The notes beneath the pieces are model-generated. The model was not told where the DNA came from. It did not search any database and was given only the letters and a program-made list of their open reading frames with translations. Shown piece by piece: positions 35,551 through 46,220 of a DNA stretch of 54,800 nucleotides; within the stretch, counting starts at the first letter, position 1, and each line of letters begins with the position of its first letter. A program made the translations under genes and the position numbers. The stretch is from an uncultured Lachnospiraceae bacterium (GTDB taxonomy: Bacteria > Bacillota > Clostridia > Lachnospirales > Lachnospiraceae), in the NCBI GenBank assembly GCA_947303375.1, contig CAMYYF010000001.1:1-54800 (forward strand), read 5' to 3'.

Positions 35551-35613
35551 TTGACATCAAGGGATAAATCTTATATTATGATGTCAGAACAATTAAACGA
35601 TTGCTTAATCGTT
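35551..35613 (+). promoter_or_regulatory. promoter and ArsR-type operator of the HMA/P1B-ATPase operon
   Basis: TTGACA-17-TATTAT (35551-35579). Inverted repeat AACAATTAA...TTAATCGTT at 35588-35613. Confidence 0.7.
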
Positions 35614-35630
35614 TACCCGAGGAGGATAAA

Positions 35631-35849
35631 ATGAAAAAATCTTACGCTATCGAAGTTGACTGCGCTAACTGCGCAAATCTTATGGAAGACGCAGCAAACA
35701 AAACAGAAGGAATCAAAAAAGCCGCAGTTAATTTTATGACTCAGAAAATGCTCGTTGAATTTGAAGACGGCGTTGATGAAAAAGAAGTAATGAAAAAATG
35801 TCTAAAGAACTGCAAGAAGGTTGAAGACGACTGCAATATCGAATTTTAG
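35631..35849 (+). CDS. stand-alone heavy-metal-associated (HMA) domain protein
   Basis: DCANCA motif, 72 aa, RBS GGAGG. Confidence 0.88.
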   Translation: MKKSYAIEVDCANCANLMEDAANKTEGIKKAAVNFMTQKMLVEFEDGVDEKEVMKKCLKNCKKVEDDCNIEF

Positions 35850-35898
35850 GTTATTTTGTAACTAATCGCACTGCCGCTGACGCAAAAAGGATTAAGCC

Positions 35899-37830
35899 AT
35901 GAACAAAAAGCAGAAAAAAATGTTAATAAGAATAATCATATCTTCCGTCCTGATGGTGCTTCTTTTTATAGCATACAAAATACTCGGACCTGACGATAAG
36001 CCCTATTCACTCGGGATCATAAAAGAGCCTTTCTGGTTTATTTTATACATGATACCTTATGTGATTATAGGTTATGACATTTTAAAGAAAGCTTTTAAGG
36101 GTATTATAAAAGGCAGACCTTTCGACGAGAATTTCTTAATGGCAGTTGCGACAGTAGGAGCCATCGTAATAGCATTAATTAAAAAAAGCGGTGATTATAC
36201 GGAAGCCATCGCCGTTATGCTCTTTTATCAGATAGGCGAACTCTTCCAGAGCTACGCCGTAGGGAAAAGCAGAAGAAACATCAGCAATCTGATGGATATA
36301 AGACCTGATTACGCGAATGTCGAGATTGACGGGAAACTTACCAAAGTATCGCCCGACGAGGTATCGGTTTCTGATATAATAACAGTTCTTCCGGGCGAGA
36401 AAATTCCTATCGACGGTTTTATCGAAGAAGGCGAATCTGCCTTAAATACATCGGCATTAACAGGCGAGAGTCTCCCGAGAGACGTTAAGGCGGGCGATGA
36501 AGTTATAAGCGGCTGTATCAATTTAACGGGTGTACTTAAAATCAGGACCACAAAAGAATTCGGCGAATCCACCGTTTCGAAGATTCTCGAACTCGTGGAA
36601 TCGTCTTCCTCGAATAAATCAAAATCCGAAGCATTCATATCAAGATTTGCGAAAATCTACACACCGGCAGTCGTATTTTCCGCACTTGCACTTGCAGTCA
36701 TTCCGCCTTTATTCTCAATGCTTATATTACATACATCTCCGCTTTGGAATGAATGGATATACAGAGCGCTCACATTCCTTGTTATCAGCTGTCCATGCGC
36801 ACTTGTTATAAGCATTCCGCTTTCGTTCTTCGCGGGACTCGGCGGTGCAAGCAAGGAAGGCATACTCATAAAAGGCTCGAATTACCTTGAAAATCTTTCG
36901 AAAACAAAATATGTGGTATTCGACAAGACAGGCACTCTCACCAAAGGCGTATTCAACGTTAACTGCATCCACCACAATACGATGGATGAAGAAAAACTCC
37001 TTGAATATGCAGCACACTGTGAAAGCGCATCCTCACACCCCATATCTTTAAGCCTTAAAAATGCTTACGGCAAGGAAATCGATGCCGACAGAGTCAGCGA
37101 TATAAAAGAAATTTCAGGCCACGGCATTACAGCCAGAGTCGATAATATAAAAATAGCCGCAGGCAATGAAAAGCTCATGGAAAGCCTCGGCCTTGATTAT
37201 AAAAGCTGTCACAAAAACGGAACCATCGTTCACATGGCCGTCAATGACGAATATGCAGGCCACATCGTAATATCCGATGAAGTTAAGGCCGATTCGAAAG
37301 AAGCAGTCTCAAAGCTTAAAAAAGTCGGAGTTAAAAAGACCGTAATGCTTACGGGCGATCTTGAAAAGGTCGGAAAAGAAGTCGGCGAAAGCCTTGGAAT
37401 AGACGAAGTATACGGAAATCTTCTCCCCGCGGATAAAGTCGCAAAGGTTGAAGAACTCATAAAAAATAAAGACAAAAAAGAAGTACTCGCATTTGTCGGT
37501 GACGGAATAAATGACGCGCCCGTTCTTGCAAGAGCAGATATAGGCATTGCAATGGGTGCCCTGGGTTCTGACGCCGCCATAGAAGCTGCCGATGTGGTTT
37601 TAATGGATGATAATCCTATTAAAATTGCTCAGGCGATAAAAATATCAAGAAAGTGTATAAGGATCGTATACGAGAACATCTGCTTCGCTCTCATCATAAA
37701 ATTTGCATGTTTAATCCTCGGAGCATTCGGCATAGCAAATATGTGGGTTGCGATATTCGCAGACGTAGGCGTAATGGTAATAGCAGTGCTTAATGCCATA
37801 AGAGCATTAAGCACCAAAAATACACTTTAG
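35899..37830 (+). CDS. cadA: heavy metal (Cd/Zn/Co) translocating P1B-type ATPase
   Basis: LTGES, SCPC, DKTGT, SHP, MLTGD and GDGINDAP motifs. Confidence 0.92.
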   Translation: MNKKQKKMLIRIIISSVLMVLLFIAYKILGPDDKPYSLGIIKEPFWFILYMIPYVIIGYDILKKAFKGIIKGRPFDENFLMAVATVGAIVIALIKKSGDYTEAIAVMLFYQIGELFQSYAVGKSRRNISNLMDIRPDYANVEIDGKLTKVSPDEVSVSDIITVLPGEKIPIDGFIEEGESALNTSALTGESLPRDVKAGDEVISGCINLTGVLKIRTTKEFGESTVSKILELVESSSSNKSKSEAFISRFAKIYTPAVVFSALALAVIPPLFSMLILHTSPLWNEWIYRALTFLVISCPCALVISIPLSFFAGLGGASKEGILIKGSNYLENLSKTKYVVFDKTGTLTKGVFNVNCIHHNTMDEEKLLEYAAHCESASSHPISLSLKNAYGKEIDADRVSDIKEISGHGITARVDNIKIAAGNEKLMESLGLDYKSCHKNGTIVHMAVNDEYAGHIVISDEVKADSKEAVSKLKKVGVKKTVMLTGDLEKVGKEVGESLGIDEVYGNLLPADKVAKVEELIKNKDKKEVLAFVGDGINDAPVLARADIGIAMGALGSDAAIEAADVVLMDDNPIKIAQAIKISRKCIRIVYENICFALIIKFACLILGAFGIANMWVAIFADVGVMVIAVLNAIRALSTKNTL

Positions 37831-37848
37831 TACTCCTTCTACTCATAC

Positions 37849-37886
37849 AAAAAGCCGGGCATCAAACGATGTCCGGCAATTTTTTT
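37849..37886. terminator. bidirectional terminator between the ATPase and rpe
   Basis: GCCGGGCATC-AAAC-GATGTCCGGC flanked by A and T runs. Confidence 0.75.
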
Positions 37887-38538
37887 ATTTTAAAATATCA
37901 AGATATTTCTTAACCGATTCCGAAGGGTTGTGATTAAAAATCGATGAGCCCATAACAAATACGTTTGCTCCGGCGTCTCTTGCAATTTTTATGGTCTTTT
38001 CATTTATTCCGCCGTCGACTTCCACATCAACGTCAAGTCCTCTTTTGTTAATCTCTGCGCGAATAGCCTTAATCTTGTCCGTGCATTTATCGATATATGG
38101 CTGAGCGCCTGCGCCGGGATTAACCGTCATGACAAGCACCTGCTTAACCAGTTCAAGATAAGGGAATACACTTTCTGCAGGTGTATCGGGACTTAAAGTG
38201 ATTGACGGAATCATTCCGAGTTCTTTTATTTTCTTTAAATCCGTGGCAGGGTCTTCCATCGCTTCCACATGCACAGTCAGAATTTCGGCGCCCGCTTCTT
38301 TGAATTTTTCAAAATAACGGTTCGGTTCTACTATCATCAGATGAACGTCAAGCTTAAGGTTTGTGTGACCTTTGATGCAGTTAAGAACCGGAATTCCAAA
38401 AGAAATATTCGGTACAAACAAACCGTCCATTACGTCAAAGTGAAGATATTTTGCACCGGCTTCTTCAACCTGTTTTATCTGATTGTTCAAATCCAGAAAG
38501 TCCGCCGAAAGTATGGACGGGGCCAGAATGTAATTCAT
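37885..38538 (-). CDS. rpe: ribulose-phosphate 3-epimerase
   Basis: APSILSADF, HFDVMDG.FVPNISFG, DVHLM, VDGGI. Confidence 0.95.
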   Translation of the reverse strand: MNYILAPSILSADFLDLNNQIKQVEEAGAKYLHFDVMDGLFVPNISFGIPVLNCIKGHTNLKLDVHLMIVEPNRYFEKFKEAGAEILTVHVEAMEDPATDLKKIKELGMIPSITLSPDTPAESVFPYLELVKQVLVMTVNPGAGAQPYIDKCTDKIKAIRAEINKRGLDVDVEVDGGINEKTIKIARDAGANVFVMGSSIFNHNPSESVKKYLDILK

Positions 38539-38552
38539 GTGTTAACCTCTTG

Positions 38553-39443
38553 TCAGTATCTGTAATTAGTCTTTATCTCGGATAAAATCTTAAGATAATT
38601 CTCGTATCTTTCCCTTGATATTATTTTCTCTTCCACAGCCTTTTTTACGGCGCAGTCAGGCTCACGGTCATGAAGACACGCATTAAATCTGCACTTTGGC
38701 ATATAAGGTAAGAACTCGGGATAATAATCCGAAGCTCTTTCCTGCTCATGAAGAGTGGGAAGATAAAATGATGAAAATCCCGGCGTATCCAGTATAAAAG
38801 ATTCCTCGCCTCTCACATCAAACTCAAACATTTCGGTATGTCTGGTGGTGTGTTTTCCGCGGAGAGTCTTTTTTGATATATCGCCGGTTTCCATTATTTC
38901 GCTGCCGACAACGGCATTGATTAAAGTGGATTTGCCGACACCGCTCGGACCTGCGACTGCGGTTGTTTTTCCGCGAAGCAGTTCTTTTACGATATCTATG
39001 TTTATCTTTTCTTTGGCACTCGTAAAAATAAGCGGAGCGTCAAAGCCTTTATATATTCTTTCAACTTCCTCTTTATCCGAGGAGTCCAGATCTTCCTTGT
39101 TAAAAATCAGTATCGGTTTTAATCTTTCATGCATGATAAAAAAGAGAAATTTATCAAGCAGATAAAAATTCGGCTTCGGATTGCTTAACGCAAAGATGAC
39201 CATCATCTGATCCACATTGCTTACAGCGGGACGAATGAGCTCGTTTTTTCTCGGAAGAATGTCAAGCACGCTTCCCTCTTTTTTCTCCTCATCCGATACT
39301 TCTATTTTGCAGTTGTCACCGACAAGGGGTTTTATCTTTTTATCTCGCAGTTTCCCCTGTCCTCGGCAGGTATAAACGCATGCGTTTTCGTAAGAATAAA
39401 CATAATAAAACCCGGATATTCCTTTGATAATCTTACCGGTCAT
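38553..39443 (-). CDS. rsgA: ribosome small subunit-dependent GTPase
   Basis: NKED, GPSGVGKS, GKHTT, DTPG, C-terminal CRFNACLHDREPDC. Confidence 0.95.
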   Translation of the reverse strand: MTGKIIKGISGFYYVYSYENACVYTCRGQGKLRDKKIKPLVGDNCKIEVSDEEKKEGSVLDILPRKNELIRPAVSNVDQMMVIFALSNPKPNFYLLDKFLFFIMHERLKPILIFNKEDLDSSDKEEVERIYKGFDAPLIFTSAKEKINIDIVKELLRGKTTAVAGPSGVGKSTLINAVVGSEIMETGDISKKTLRGKHTTRHTEMFEFDVRGEESFILDTPGFSSFYLPTLHEQERASDYYPEFLPYMPKCRFNACLHDREPDCAVKKAVEEKIISRERYENYLKILSEIKTNYRY

Positions 39444-41665
39444 TAATCAAAATCCACTTCGTAACTGATAACATCGGGTTTGGGAACACTCTGCACAACA
39501 ACGTTTCCGTACTCATCAACAGTTTCTTCGGTAGTCATAATGGTATAAGAGATTTCAACCACGCCTCTTGACTGAGCATAAATCTGAGAAATGTTGATAT
39601 TAAGCGGGAATATGGGAGCATCGTTATGATAAAGTTGCTCGCCGTCGAGAGTCTTTAATATAACGCTTACAGCTCCGCCCGAATACTTTTCGGGAGCCTG
39701 AACCATAATATTACATGAATAATATCTGGGTTCGGGACCGATACTCTTCTTAAGTGTAACTTCGGAACCTTCCTTAACCGTGGAACCTGAAGTATAGCTC
39801 TGTCCGCAGATAAGTCCTGCTTCAACGGAATCGGAATAAATTTCATCTATCGAAGCGACTTTCATACCGACACTTTCAACAAGTTCGGTAGCTTCTTCGA
39901 CAGTCTTGCCTGTAAGATCGGGCATTTTGCTCTTTTCTTTGCCTGTACCGTCAGAAATAGTTAATGTCACAAGGCTTTCAAAGCTTCCGGGACTGCCTGC
40001 CACAGGGCTTTGTGAAATAACCTTTCCCTTGGGAACGGTATCGCTCTTTTCGGTAGTCTTTGTAACCTTAAAACCGTCATTTTCAAGTTTTGCGGTAGCT
40101 TCGGCTTCAGTCATATTAACGACATCGGGAATCTTAACACCGGTATCCTTGACTGCGGAAATAACCATGGTAACCTTGCTGCCTTCTTCCACGTTGCTGC
40201 CTGCAGAAGGCTCTGTTCTTATTACTCTGTTTGAAGGAACGGTCTCTGAATCCTCATAAATCGTTTCAACCGTAAATTTGTGGTTTTCAAGGTATTTCTG
40301 TGCTTCGGACGAAACCATATTGCTTACAACGGGAACTGTTGTAAACTGTACCTTTTCATCTTTATCGGAGAATATACCGAGTGCTTTTCCGAGGAGTATA
40401 AGAAGCAGTACACCGATGGTAACAGCTACTGCTGCAATTGCAACCGTCTTAATCTTTTCGGATGCCTCAGATTTTTTCTTTGAATTCTTTTTATGCTGTA
40501 CAGGCTTACTCGGAGTCTGCACAGGCTTAGGCTTTTGCAGAGTCTGAACAGGCTTGTTTTGTGTCTGTGCAGGCTTCGGCTTATTAGCCTGAGGCTTGTT
40601 TGCAGGCTGAGGCTGTACTTTAGGCTTTCTCTGAACATTCTGATTTACAGGTTCGTCTGTATTTTTAACATTCTTCGGAAGAACAAGTGCTTCTCTCTTC
40701 TGTTTGTTCAGACGGGAAACATCTTCTTTTACGGGGTTTGTAACATCCGCTGCTTCTTCCTCGCCACGACGTCTGTACATCGGATTAAGATTGGTCTTGG
40801 TGACCGAATTCTGCTCATAAGTATCAATCTTAACGAAGTTTTCGTTAGGTGAAATATAGGCCTTCTTTAAGTCCTCTATTACCTCGCTCATCTTCTGATA
40901 TCTTCTGTCGGGGCTCTTTTGCGTACATTTTAAGATGATCTGTTCTATACTGATAGGAACGTCTTCGACGTAGATTCTCGGAGACGGCATTTCTTCCTGA
41001 ATATGCTTGATTGCAATTGCAACCGTGGTGTCTCCGTTAAAAGGTACTCTGCCCGTAACCATTTCAAAAAGCGTGATACCGAGAGAATAGATATCACTCT
41101 TTTCATCGGAAAAACCGCCTCTGGCCTGTTCGGGAGAAGTATAATGAACGCTTCCCATTACATTGCTGGAAATCGTATTTGATGTGGTAGTCTTGGCGAT
41201 ACCGAAGTCGGTCACCTTAACTTTACCGTCTTTTGAAATAATAACATTCTGGGGCTTGATATCCCTGTGAATAATACCGTTGTTGTGAGCAGCTTCAATA
41301 CCCGAAGCAATGGGCAAAGCTATACTGATGCATTCGCTTATGGTAAGACGGCTCTTTTTCTCGATATACTGCTTTAAGGTATAGCCGTCCACAAGTTCCA
41401 TTACGATATAAGAGATACCGTTTTCCTCTCCTACATCATATACGGTAACGATATTCGGATGCATAAGATTAGCGGCAGCCTCGGCTTCCTTGCGGAATTT
41501 GGCCACAAAATCCCTGTTCTCTGAGAATTCCTGCTTTAAAACCTTAACTGCAACGTTTCTATTCAGTTTGTTGTCTTTAGCTCTGTAAACATCAGACATT
41601 CCACCGGTGCCGATAAGTTCCTGTATTTCGTAACGGCCACCGATGACCATACCAATCTTTACCAT
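39443..41665 (-). CDS. pknB: Ser/Thr kinase with TM and three PASTA domains
   Basis: IGTGGMSDVY, HRDIKPQN, DFG, TM helix and PASTA repeats. Confidence 0.94.
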   Translation of the reverse strand: MVKIGMVIGGRYEIQELIGTGGMSDVYRAKDNKLNRNVAVKVLKQEFSENRDFVAKFRKEAEAAANLMHPNIVTVYDVGEENGISYIVMELVDGYTLKQYIEKKSRLTISECISIALPIASGIEAAHNNGIIHRDIKPQNVIISKDGKVKVTDFGIAKTTTSNTISSNVMGSVHYTSPEQARGGFSDEKSDIYSLGITLFEMVTGRVPFNGDTTVAIAIKHIQEEMPSPRIYVEDVPISIEQIILKCTQKSPDRRYQKMSEVIEDLKKAYISPNENFVKIDTYEQNSVTKTNLNPMYRRRGEEEAADVTNPVKEDVSRLNKQKREALVLPKNVKNTDEPVNQNVQRKPKVQPQPANKPQANKPKPAQTQNKPVQTLQKPKPVQTPSKPVQHKKNSKKKSEASEKIKTVAIAAVAVTIGVLLLILLGKALGIFSDKDEKVQFTTVPVVSNMVSSEAQKYLENHKFTVETIYEDSETVPSNRVIRTEPSAGSNVEEGSKVTMVISAVKDTGVKIPDVVNMTEAEATAKLENDGFKVTKTTEKSDTVPKGKVISQSPVAGSPGSFESLVTLTISDGTGKEKSKMPDLTGKTVEEATELVESVGMKVASIDEIYSDSVEAGLICGQSYTSGSTVKEGSEVTLKKSIGPEPRYYSCNIMVQAPEKYSGGAVSVILKTLDGEQLYHNDAPIFPLNINISQIYAQSRGVVEISYTIMTTEETVDEYGNVVVQSVPKPDVISYEVDFD

Positions 41666-41679
41666 AAAAACCTCATTCC

Positions 41680-42414
41680 TTACTGCTCGTAAGCAATTAA
41701 AACCACCGAAATATTATCACTTCCGCCGTTTTCGTTAGCGGTTGCGATAAGACCTGCTGCTTTTGATTCAAGACTCTCTTCGGAGGTTACTATTTCAAGA
41801 ATATCTTTGTCTTCTATCATATTGGAAAGTCCGTCCGAGCACATGAGAATAATATCTCCGTCTCTTAATGGAACCTCAAAAAAGTCTATATTAACATTAC
41901 CTGTAGCACCTATTGCTCTGGTAATAATATTTTTATCGGGATGATTGCGCGCACTGACTCTGTCGATACCGCCCATTCTAACCATTTCTTCAACGAGAGA
42001 ATGATCTCTTGTAATCTGAGTGATGGTCTTGTCTGCGGATATAACATAGAGTCGTGAATCTCCAACATTCGCAACGGTAAGCGTGTCGTTTGAAATGGTC
42101 GCAAGAACGGCTGTCGTGCCCATTCCGACCATATTGACGTCTTCCATTGCTTTTCTTCTGATTCTTGTATTTGCCTCATTTATTGCATCGGAAATTGCAG
42201 TGACCATTTTCTTGCCCCTGCTCTTTGAACACATTTCCGTAATTGTTTCGACCGCACATTTGGAAGCATAATCGCCTGCCTTGTGTCCGCCCATTCCGTC
42301 TGCAACCAGAAAAAGATTATCCAGTGCACCCAGAGGATAAATCGAAGTAAATACAAAATCCTGATTCAGTTGTCTGAGTTTCCCTATATCTGTTTTAGAT
42401 ACAGCCTTTATCAC
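41680..42414 (-). CDS. stp: PP2C-family Ser/Thr phosphatase
   Basis: NQD, VADGMGGH, NVGDSR, CSDGL, DNIS. Confidence 0.93.
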   Translation of the reverse strand: MIKAVSKTDIGKLRQLNQDFVFTSIYPLGALDNLFLVADGMGGHKAGDYASKCAVETITEMCSKSRGKKMVTAISDAINEANTRIRRKAMEDVNMVGMGTTAVLATISNDTLTVANVGDSRLYVISADKTITQITRDHSLVEEMVRMGGIDRVSARNHPDKNIITRAIGATGNVNIDFFEVPLRDGDIILMCSDGLSNMIEDKDILEIVTSEESLESKAAGLIATANENGGSDNISVVLIAYEQ

Positions 42415-43456
42415 TATCTAACCCCCGGGCTTCTTCATTGTGCTTGCGTCTTAGCTGTCCGCAGGCACCGTCTATGTCTCTGCCCATTTCTCTTCTTATA
42501 GTAACATTTATCCCGTTTTTTTCAAGTTTATTTTGAAACGCGTAAATCCTTGTTTTGTCCGACCTTTTGAAATCCCTTTCTTTTATGGGATTTACGGGAA
42601 TCAAGTTTACATGACCGTTATGACCCCGTAAAAGAGATGCAAGTTCTTCGGCCTCTTCATCATTATCATTTACGCCCGCAACCAGAGAATATTCGAAGCT
42701 TACTCTTCTCTTGGTCTTTTCAAAATAATAATCACATGCGTCAAGGCATTCGCTGATGCTGTAACTGTTGGCTATAGGCATCAGTTCCTTCCTTTTTTCG
42801 TCATTTGGAGCATGGAGGGAAAGTGCTAAAGTTATTGGCAAATTTTCATCAGCCAGCTCTTTAATTTTTGGTACAATCCCACAAGTTGATACTGTAACAT
42901 TTCTTGCGGAAATATTCAAGCCTTCCGGACAAGTTAAAAGTTTCACAAACTTTACGAGATTGTCGTAATTGTCCATGGGCTCGCCCATTCCCATAACTAC
43001 GACGTTAGATACTCTCTCGTTAGTTTCTCTGGTGATTTCGTAGATTTGCTCGAGCATTTCTGCGGGACTTAGGCTTCGAACCAGTCCGTCTATGGTCGAT
43101 GCACAGAATCTGCAGCCCATTCTGCAGCCTATCTGTGAGGAAATACATACCGAATTGCCGTGATGATACTGCATCCACACGCTCTCTATATAATTGCCGT
43201 CCTTGGTCTCAAATAAATACTTTTTCGTAGAATCAATCTTAGATTCGCTGACCCTGACGGTATTTAAAGTCGTGAGTTCATAGTTTTCTTTTAGTTTTTC
43301 GCGTAAGGAAGCTGAGACATTGCTCATTTCGTCGAAGCTTTTTACAAGCTTGACATGAAGCCATTCGTAAATCTGCTTCGCTCTGTACGAAGGCTCGCCC
43401 AAAGCTTTTATCTCGTCCTGTAATTCAGTTAAAGATTTGCTTTTTATTTCATCCAT
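42395..43456 (-). CDS. rlmN: 23S rRNA A2503 / tRNA A37 C2-methyltransferase
   Basis: CRMGCRFC, MGMGEP, DIDGACGQL. Confidence 0.95.
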   Translation of the reverse strand: MDEIKSKSLTELQDEIKALGEPSYRAKQIYEWLHVKLVKSFDEMSNVSASLREKLKENYELTTLNTVRVSESKIDSTKKYLFETKDGNYIESVWMQYHHGNSVCISSQIGCRMGCRFCASTIDGLVRSLSPAEMLEQIYEITRETNERVSNVVVMGMGEPMDNYDNLVKFVKLLTCPEGLNISARNVTVSTCGIVPKIKELADENLPITLALSLHAPNDEKRKELMPIANSYSISECLDACDYYFEKTKRRVSFEYSLVAGVNDNDEEAEELASLLRGHNGHVNLIPVNPIKERDFKRSDKTRIYAFQNKLEKNGINVTIRREMGRDIDGACGQLRRKHNEEARGLDSDKGCI

Positions 43457-43462
43457 AAATTT

Positions 43463-44752
43463 TTAATTCTTCTTAAGAACCGATATGAAGAATCCGTCCG
43501 AATCATCAATTCCTTGCAGCAATTTTTTTGAAGTAACTATTGAAAATCCGCTATTGCTAATAAAAGCTTCAATAAGATCTTCATTTTCTTTTTTGTTCAC
43601 AGTACAGGTTGAATATACGAGATATCCGCCCTTTTTAACATACTTTGAGACATTATCGATAATCTTCTTCTGAAGGCTGTATAACTCGTTTAAGCCTTCC
43701 TCTGTAATACGATATTTTATATCCTGTTTCTTAGCTATTACGCCAAGTCCCGAGCAGGGAACATCAGCCAGTATCACGTCAAAAGCTTCTTCGAATTCGG
43801 GATTAAAAACAGTGGCATCGGCAATTTTTGTCGTTATATTTTTTGCCTTCATCCTGGCGATATTTTCTTCAATCTTTGATATTTTATCTTCCGAAATATC
43901 GCATGAAGTTATCCTTGCGTCAGGATAAAGCTCTGATAAGAAAATACTTTTTCCGCCCGGTGCACTGCAGGCATCAAGGATATTTTCACCCTTAGGAACA
44001 TTCTTACATAAAATATAGCTTCCGGCGTCCTGAACCGTTATTAAACCATTCATAAAAGAAGCAAGCGCCGTTATGTTTCCGAGTCCCTTGGCTTTAAGTA
44101 AATTCGGTGTATCATCGCTTTCGCTTACATTCGCGGACTTTTCTTTTATTTCTTCTATTACTTTGTCTTTCTCTTCCTTCGACAGTCCTTCTTTAATTCT
44201 TATACGTACATAATCATCACTTAAGGATGCCGCAAAGATTTTTTCGAGAGTATCAAAATCGTACTGCTCTTTTAAGAGGTCAACGATTGTTTCAGGTATC
44301 GAATATTTTACGCTTAAATAATCCTTGTCTCCTTTGTCCGGATATTTGATATTGTCTTTGTTTCTTACAATATTTCTAAGGACCGCATTCACAAATCCTG
44401 CGAGCGAAGAAAAGCCCTTTTTTCTTGCAAGTTCAACGCTTGAGTTTACTGCGAGCGTATCGTAGGATTTCATGTAAAGTATCTGGTAAATGCCCATCTC
44501 AATGATAAGTCTGATGGGCAGTTTCATTTTGTTATGCGGTGTTTTTGAGAATAAATCGCATACGTAATCCAGTTCGATTTTTCGCTCAATCGTTCCTTTT
44601 ACGATGGTTGATATAAGCGCCTTTTCATTCTTTGAAAAATAATCGTATTTATCGAGAACATCCTTGATGACAAGATGTGAAGGGGCATTGTTCTTCTCAA
44701 TCTGTATGAGCGTCTCAAGCGCTATTTTTCTTAATTCAACATCTTTGTTCAT
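43463..44752 (-). CDS. rsmB: 16S rRNA m5C967 methyltransferase
   Basis: NusB-like N-terminus, DACSAPGGKS, DVPCSGLG, YSTCT. Confidence 0.93.
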   Translation of the reverse strand: MNKDVELRKIALETLIQIEKNNAPSHLVIKDVLDKYDYFSKNEKALISTIVKGTIERKIELDYVCDLFSKTPHNKMKLPIRLIIEMGIYQILYMKSYDTLAVNSSVELARKKGFSSLAGFVNAVLRNIVRNKDNIKYPDKGDKDYLSVKYSIPETIVDLLKEQYDFDTLEKIFAASLSDDYVRIRIKEGLSKEEKDKVIEEIKEKSANVSESDDTPNLLKAKGLGNITALASFMNGLITVQDAGSYILCKNVPKGENILDACSAPGGKSIFLSELYPDARITSCDISEDKISKIEENIARMKAKNITTKIADATVFNPEFEEAFDVILADVPCSGLGVIAKKQDIKYRITEEGLNELYSLQKKIIDNVSKYVKKGGYLVYSTCTVNKKENEDLIEAFISNSGFSIVTSKKLLQGIDDSDGFFISVLKKN

Positions 44753-44779
44753 GCTTTCTTCTATGTCCTCATAAAAGAT

Positions 44780-45721
44780 TTAAACCGAATACTTCGTAAA
44801 TTTATCTTTTAAATTAACTTTTTTGCCGTTTAGGAAATCGCGAACGTTCATTGCTTTCTTGCCCTGTATCTGAATCTTGGTGATAGCAAGGCAGCCTTTG
44901 CCGGTCTGAACGAATATGGCATCTTTTGTTACATTACAAACTTCTCCGACTTCCAGTCCGCTCTCGTCGTCGGTTGCATATGCTGCACAGATTTTTACGA
45001 AATCACCGTTTAAAAGAGCAAAGGTTGCGGGCCATGACCAGAAGGCTCTTACCTTAAGCGCAAGGCTTTCGGCGCTGTCGTTAAAGTCAATCGCACCATC
45101 CTCTTTGTTAATCATCTTCGCATAAAACAACGGTCCTTCGGGCTGAGGTGTCGCTGTAAGTTCGCCCTTTTCAAGTTTGGCAAGCGCATCAACGATTAAG
45201 GAGGCACCAAGTTCGCTTAATTTATCGTGTAAACTGTCCGCGGTATCGGTATCCTCGATATCGACTTCTCCTTTTAGGAGCATGTCTCCGGTATCAAGGC
45301 CTTCATCCATCTGCATTATTGTGACGCCGCTTTTTTTCTCACCGTTTAAAATAGCCCACTGAATAGGTGCAGCGCCTCTGTACATAGGTAAAAGCGATGC
45401 ATGGATATTAATGCAGCCGTACTTTGGCATTTCAAGGATTTCCTTAGATAAAATCTGTCCGAAAGCAGCCACTACAAATACATCCGCAGGATACTGCTTT
45501 AAAATTTCGATATTCTCTGCCTTTTTAATTCTGTCCGGCTGGAAAACTTCAACTTTGAGGCGCATTGCCTCTTCTTTTACGGGAGACGGAAGATATAGTT
45601 TGCTTCTTCCCTTGGGCTTGTCGGGCTGTGTTACGACAAGTACGATTTCGTGTCCCGCTTCATGTAATTTTCTAAGCGCAAGCACCGCAAAATCCGGTGT
45701 ACCCATAAAAACTATTTTCAT
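44780..45721 (-). CDS. fmt: methionyl-tRNA formyltransferase
   Basis: FMGTPDFA, TQPDKP, NIHASLLP.YRGAAPI. Confidence 0.96.
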   Translation of the reverse strand: MKIVFMGTPDFAVLALRKLHEAGHEIVLVVTQPDKPKGRSKLYLPSPVKEEAMRLKVEVFQPDRIKKAENIEILKQYPADVFVVAAFGQILSKEILEMPKYGCINIHASLLPMYRGAAPIQWAILNGEKKSGVTIMQMDEGLDTGDMLLKGEVDIEDTDTADSLHDKLSELGASLIVDALAKLEKGELTATPQPEGPLFYAKMINKEDGAIDFNDSAESLALKVRAFWSWPATFALLNGDFVKICAAYATDDESGLEVGEVCNVTKDAIFVQTGKGCLAITKIQIQGKKAMNVRDFLNGKKVNLKDKFTKYSV

Positions 45722-45733
45722 AAATTATTCCTT

Positions 45734-46207
45734 TTATTCTTCTTCAGGATCTTCCACATCCATTAATTCGCCCTCAACCTTATCCACGTAGAGAATACCG
45801 TCAAGGTGATCCATCTCATGAAGCATGGCTCTTGCGAAAAGTTCTTCTCCTTCAATCTCTTCCCACTCGAAATCAAGATTTCTGGTTTTTACCCTTACTT
45901 TCATGGGTCTTGTAACCTGTCCGCATTTTCCGGGAACCGAGAGGCATCCTTCGTTGCCTGTCTGCTCGCCTTCGGTATAAACTACTTCGGGATTGATTAA
46001 AACAACGGGACCTTCGCCTACATCGACTACGGCTATTCTTTTTCTGACACCAACCTGAGGTGCGGCAAGTCCTACACCGTCCGCATCATACATTGTATCC
46101 TTAAGATCATCGATAAGTTCAAGGATTCTCGGAGTAATCTCCGTTACTTCCTTGCACACGCATCTTAAACAATCCTCTCCCATTTCGCGAATAATTCTTA
46201 AAGCCAT
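45734..46207 (-). CDS. def: peptide deformylase
   Basis: GVGLAAPQ, EGCLS, HEMDHLDG. Confidence 0.96.
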   Translation of the reverse strand: MALRIIREMGEDCLRCVCKEVTEITPRILELIDDLKDTMYDADGVGLAAPQVGVRKRIAVVDVGEGPVVLINPEVVYTEGEQTGNEGCLSVPGKCGQVTRPMKVRVKTRNLDFEWEEIEGEELFARAMLHEMDHLDGILYVDKVEGELMDVEDPEEE

Positions 46208-46220
46208 TTTTTCCTCCTAA

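Noticed and set aside
34967..37830. ArsR-HMA-ATPase unit as a novel system or transposon
   Set aside because: Common metal efflux arrangement. No transposase or terminal repeats seen.
42395..43456. RlmN as part of the rSAM cluster, or as Cfr
   Set aside because: It sits in the conserved rsmB-rlmN-stp-pknB housekeeping context.
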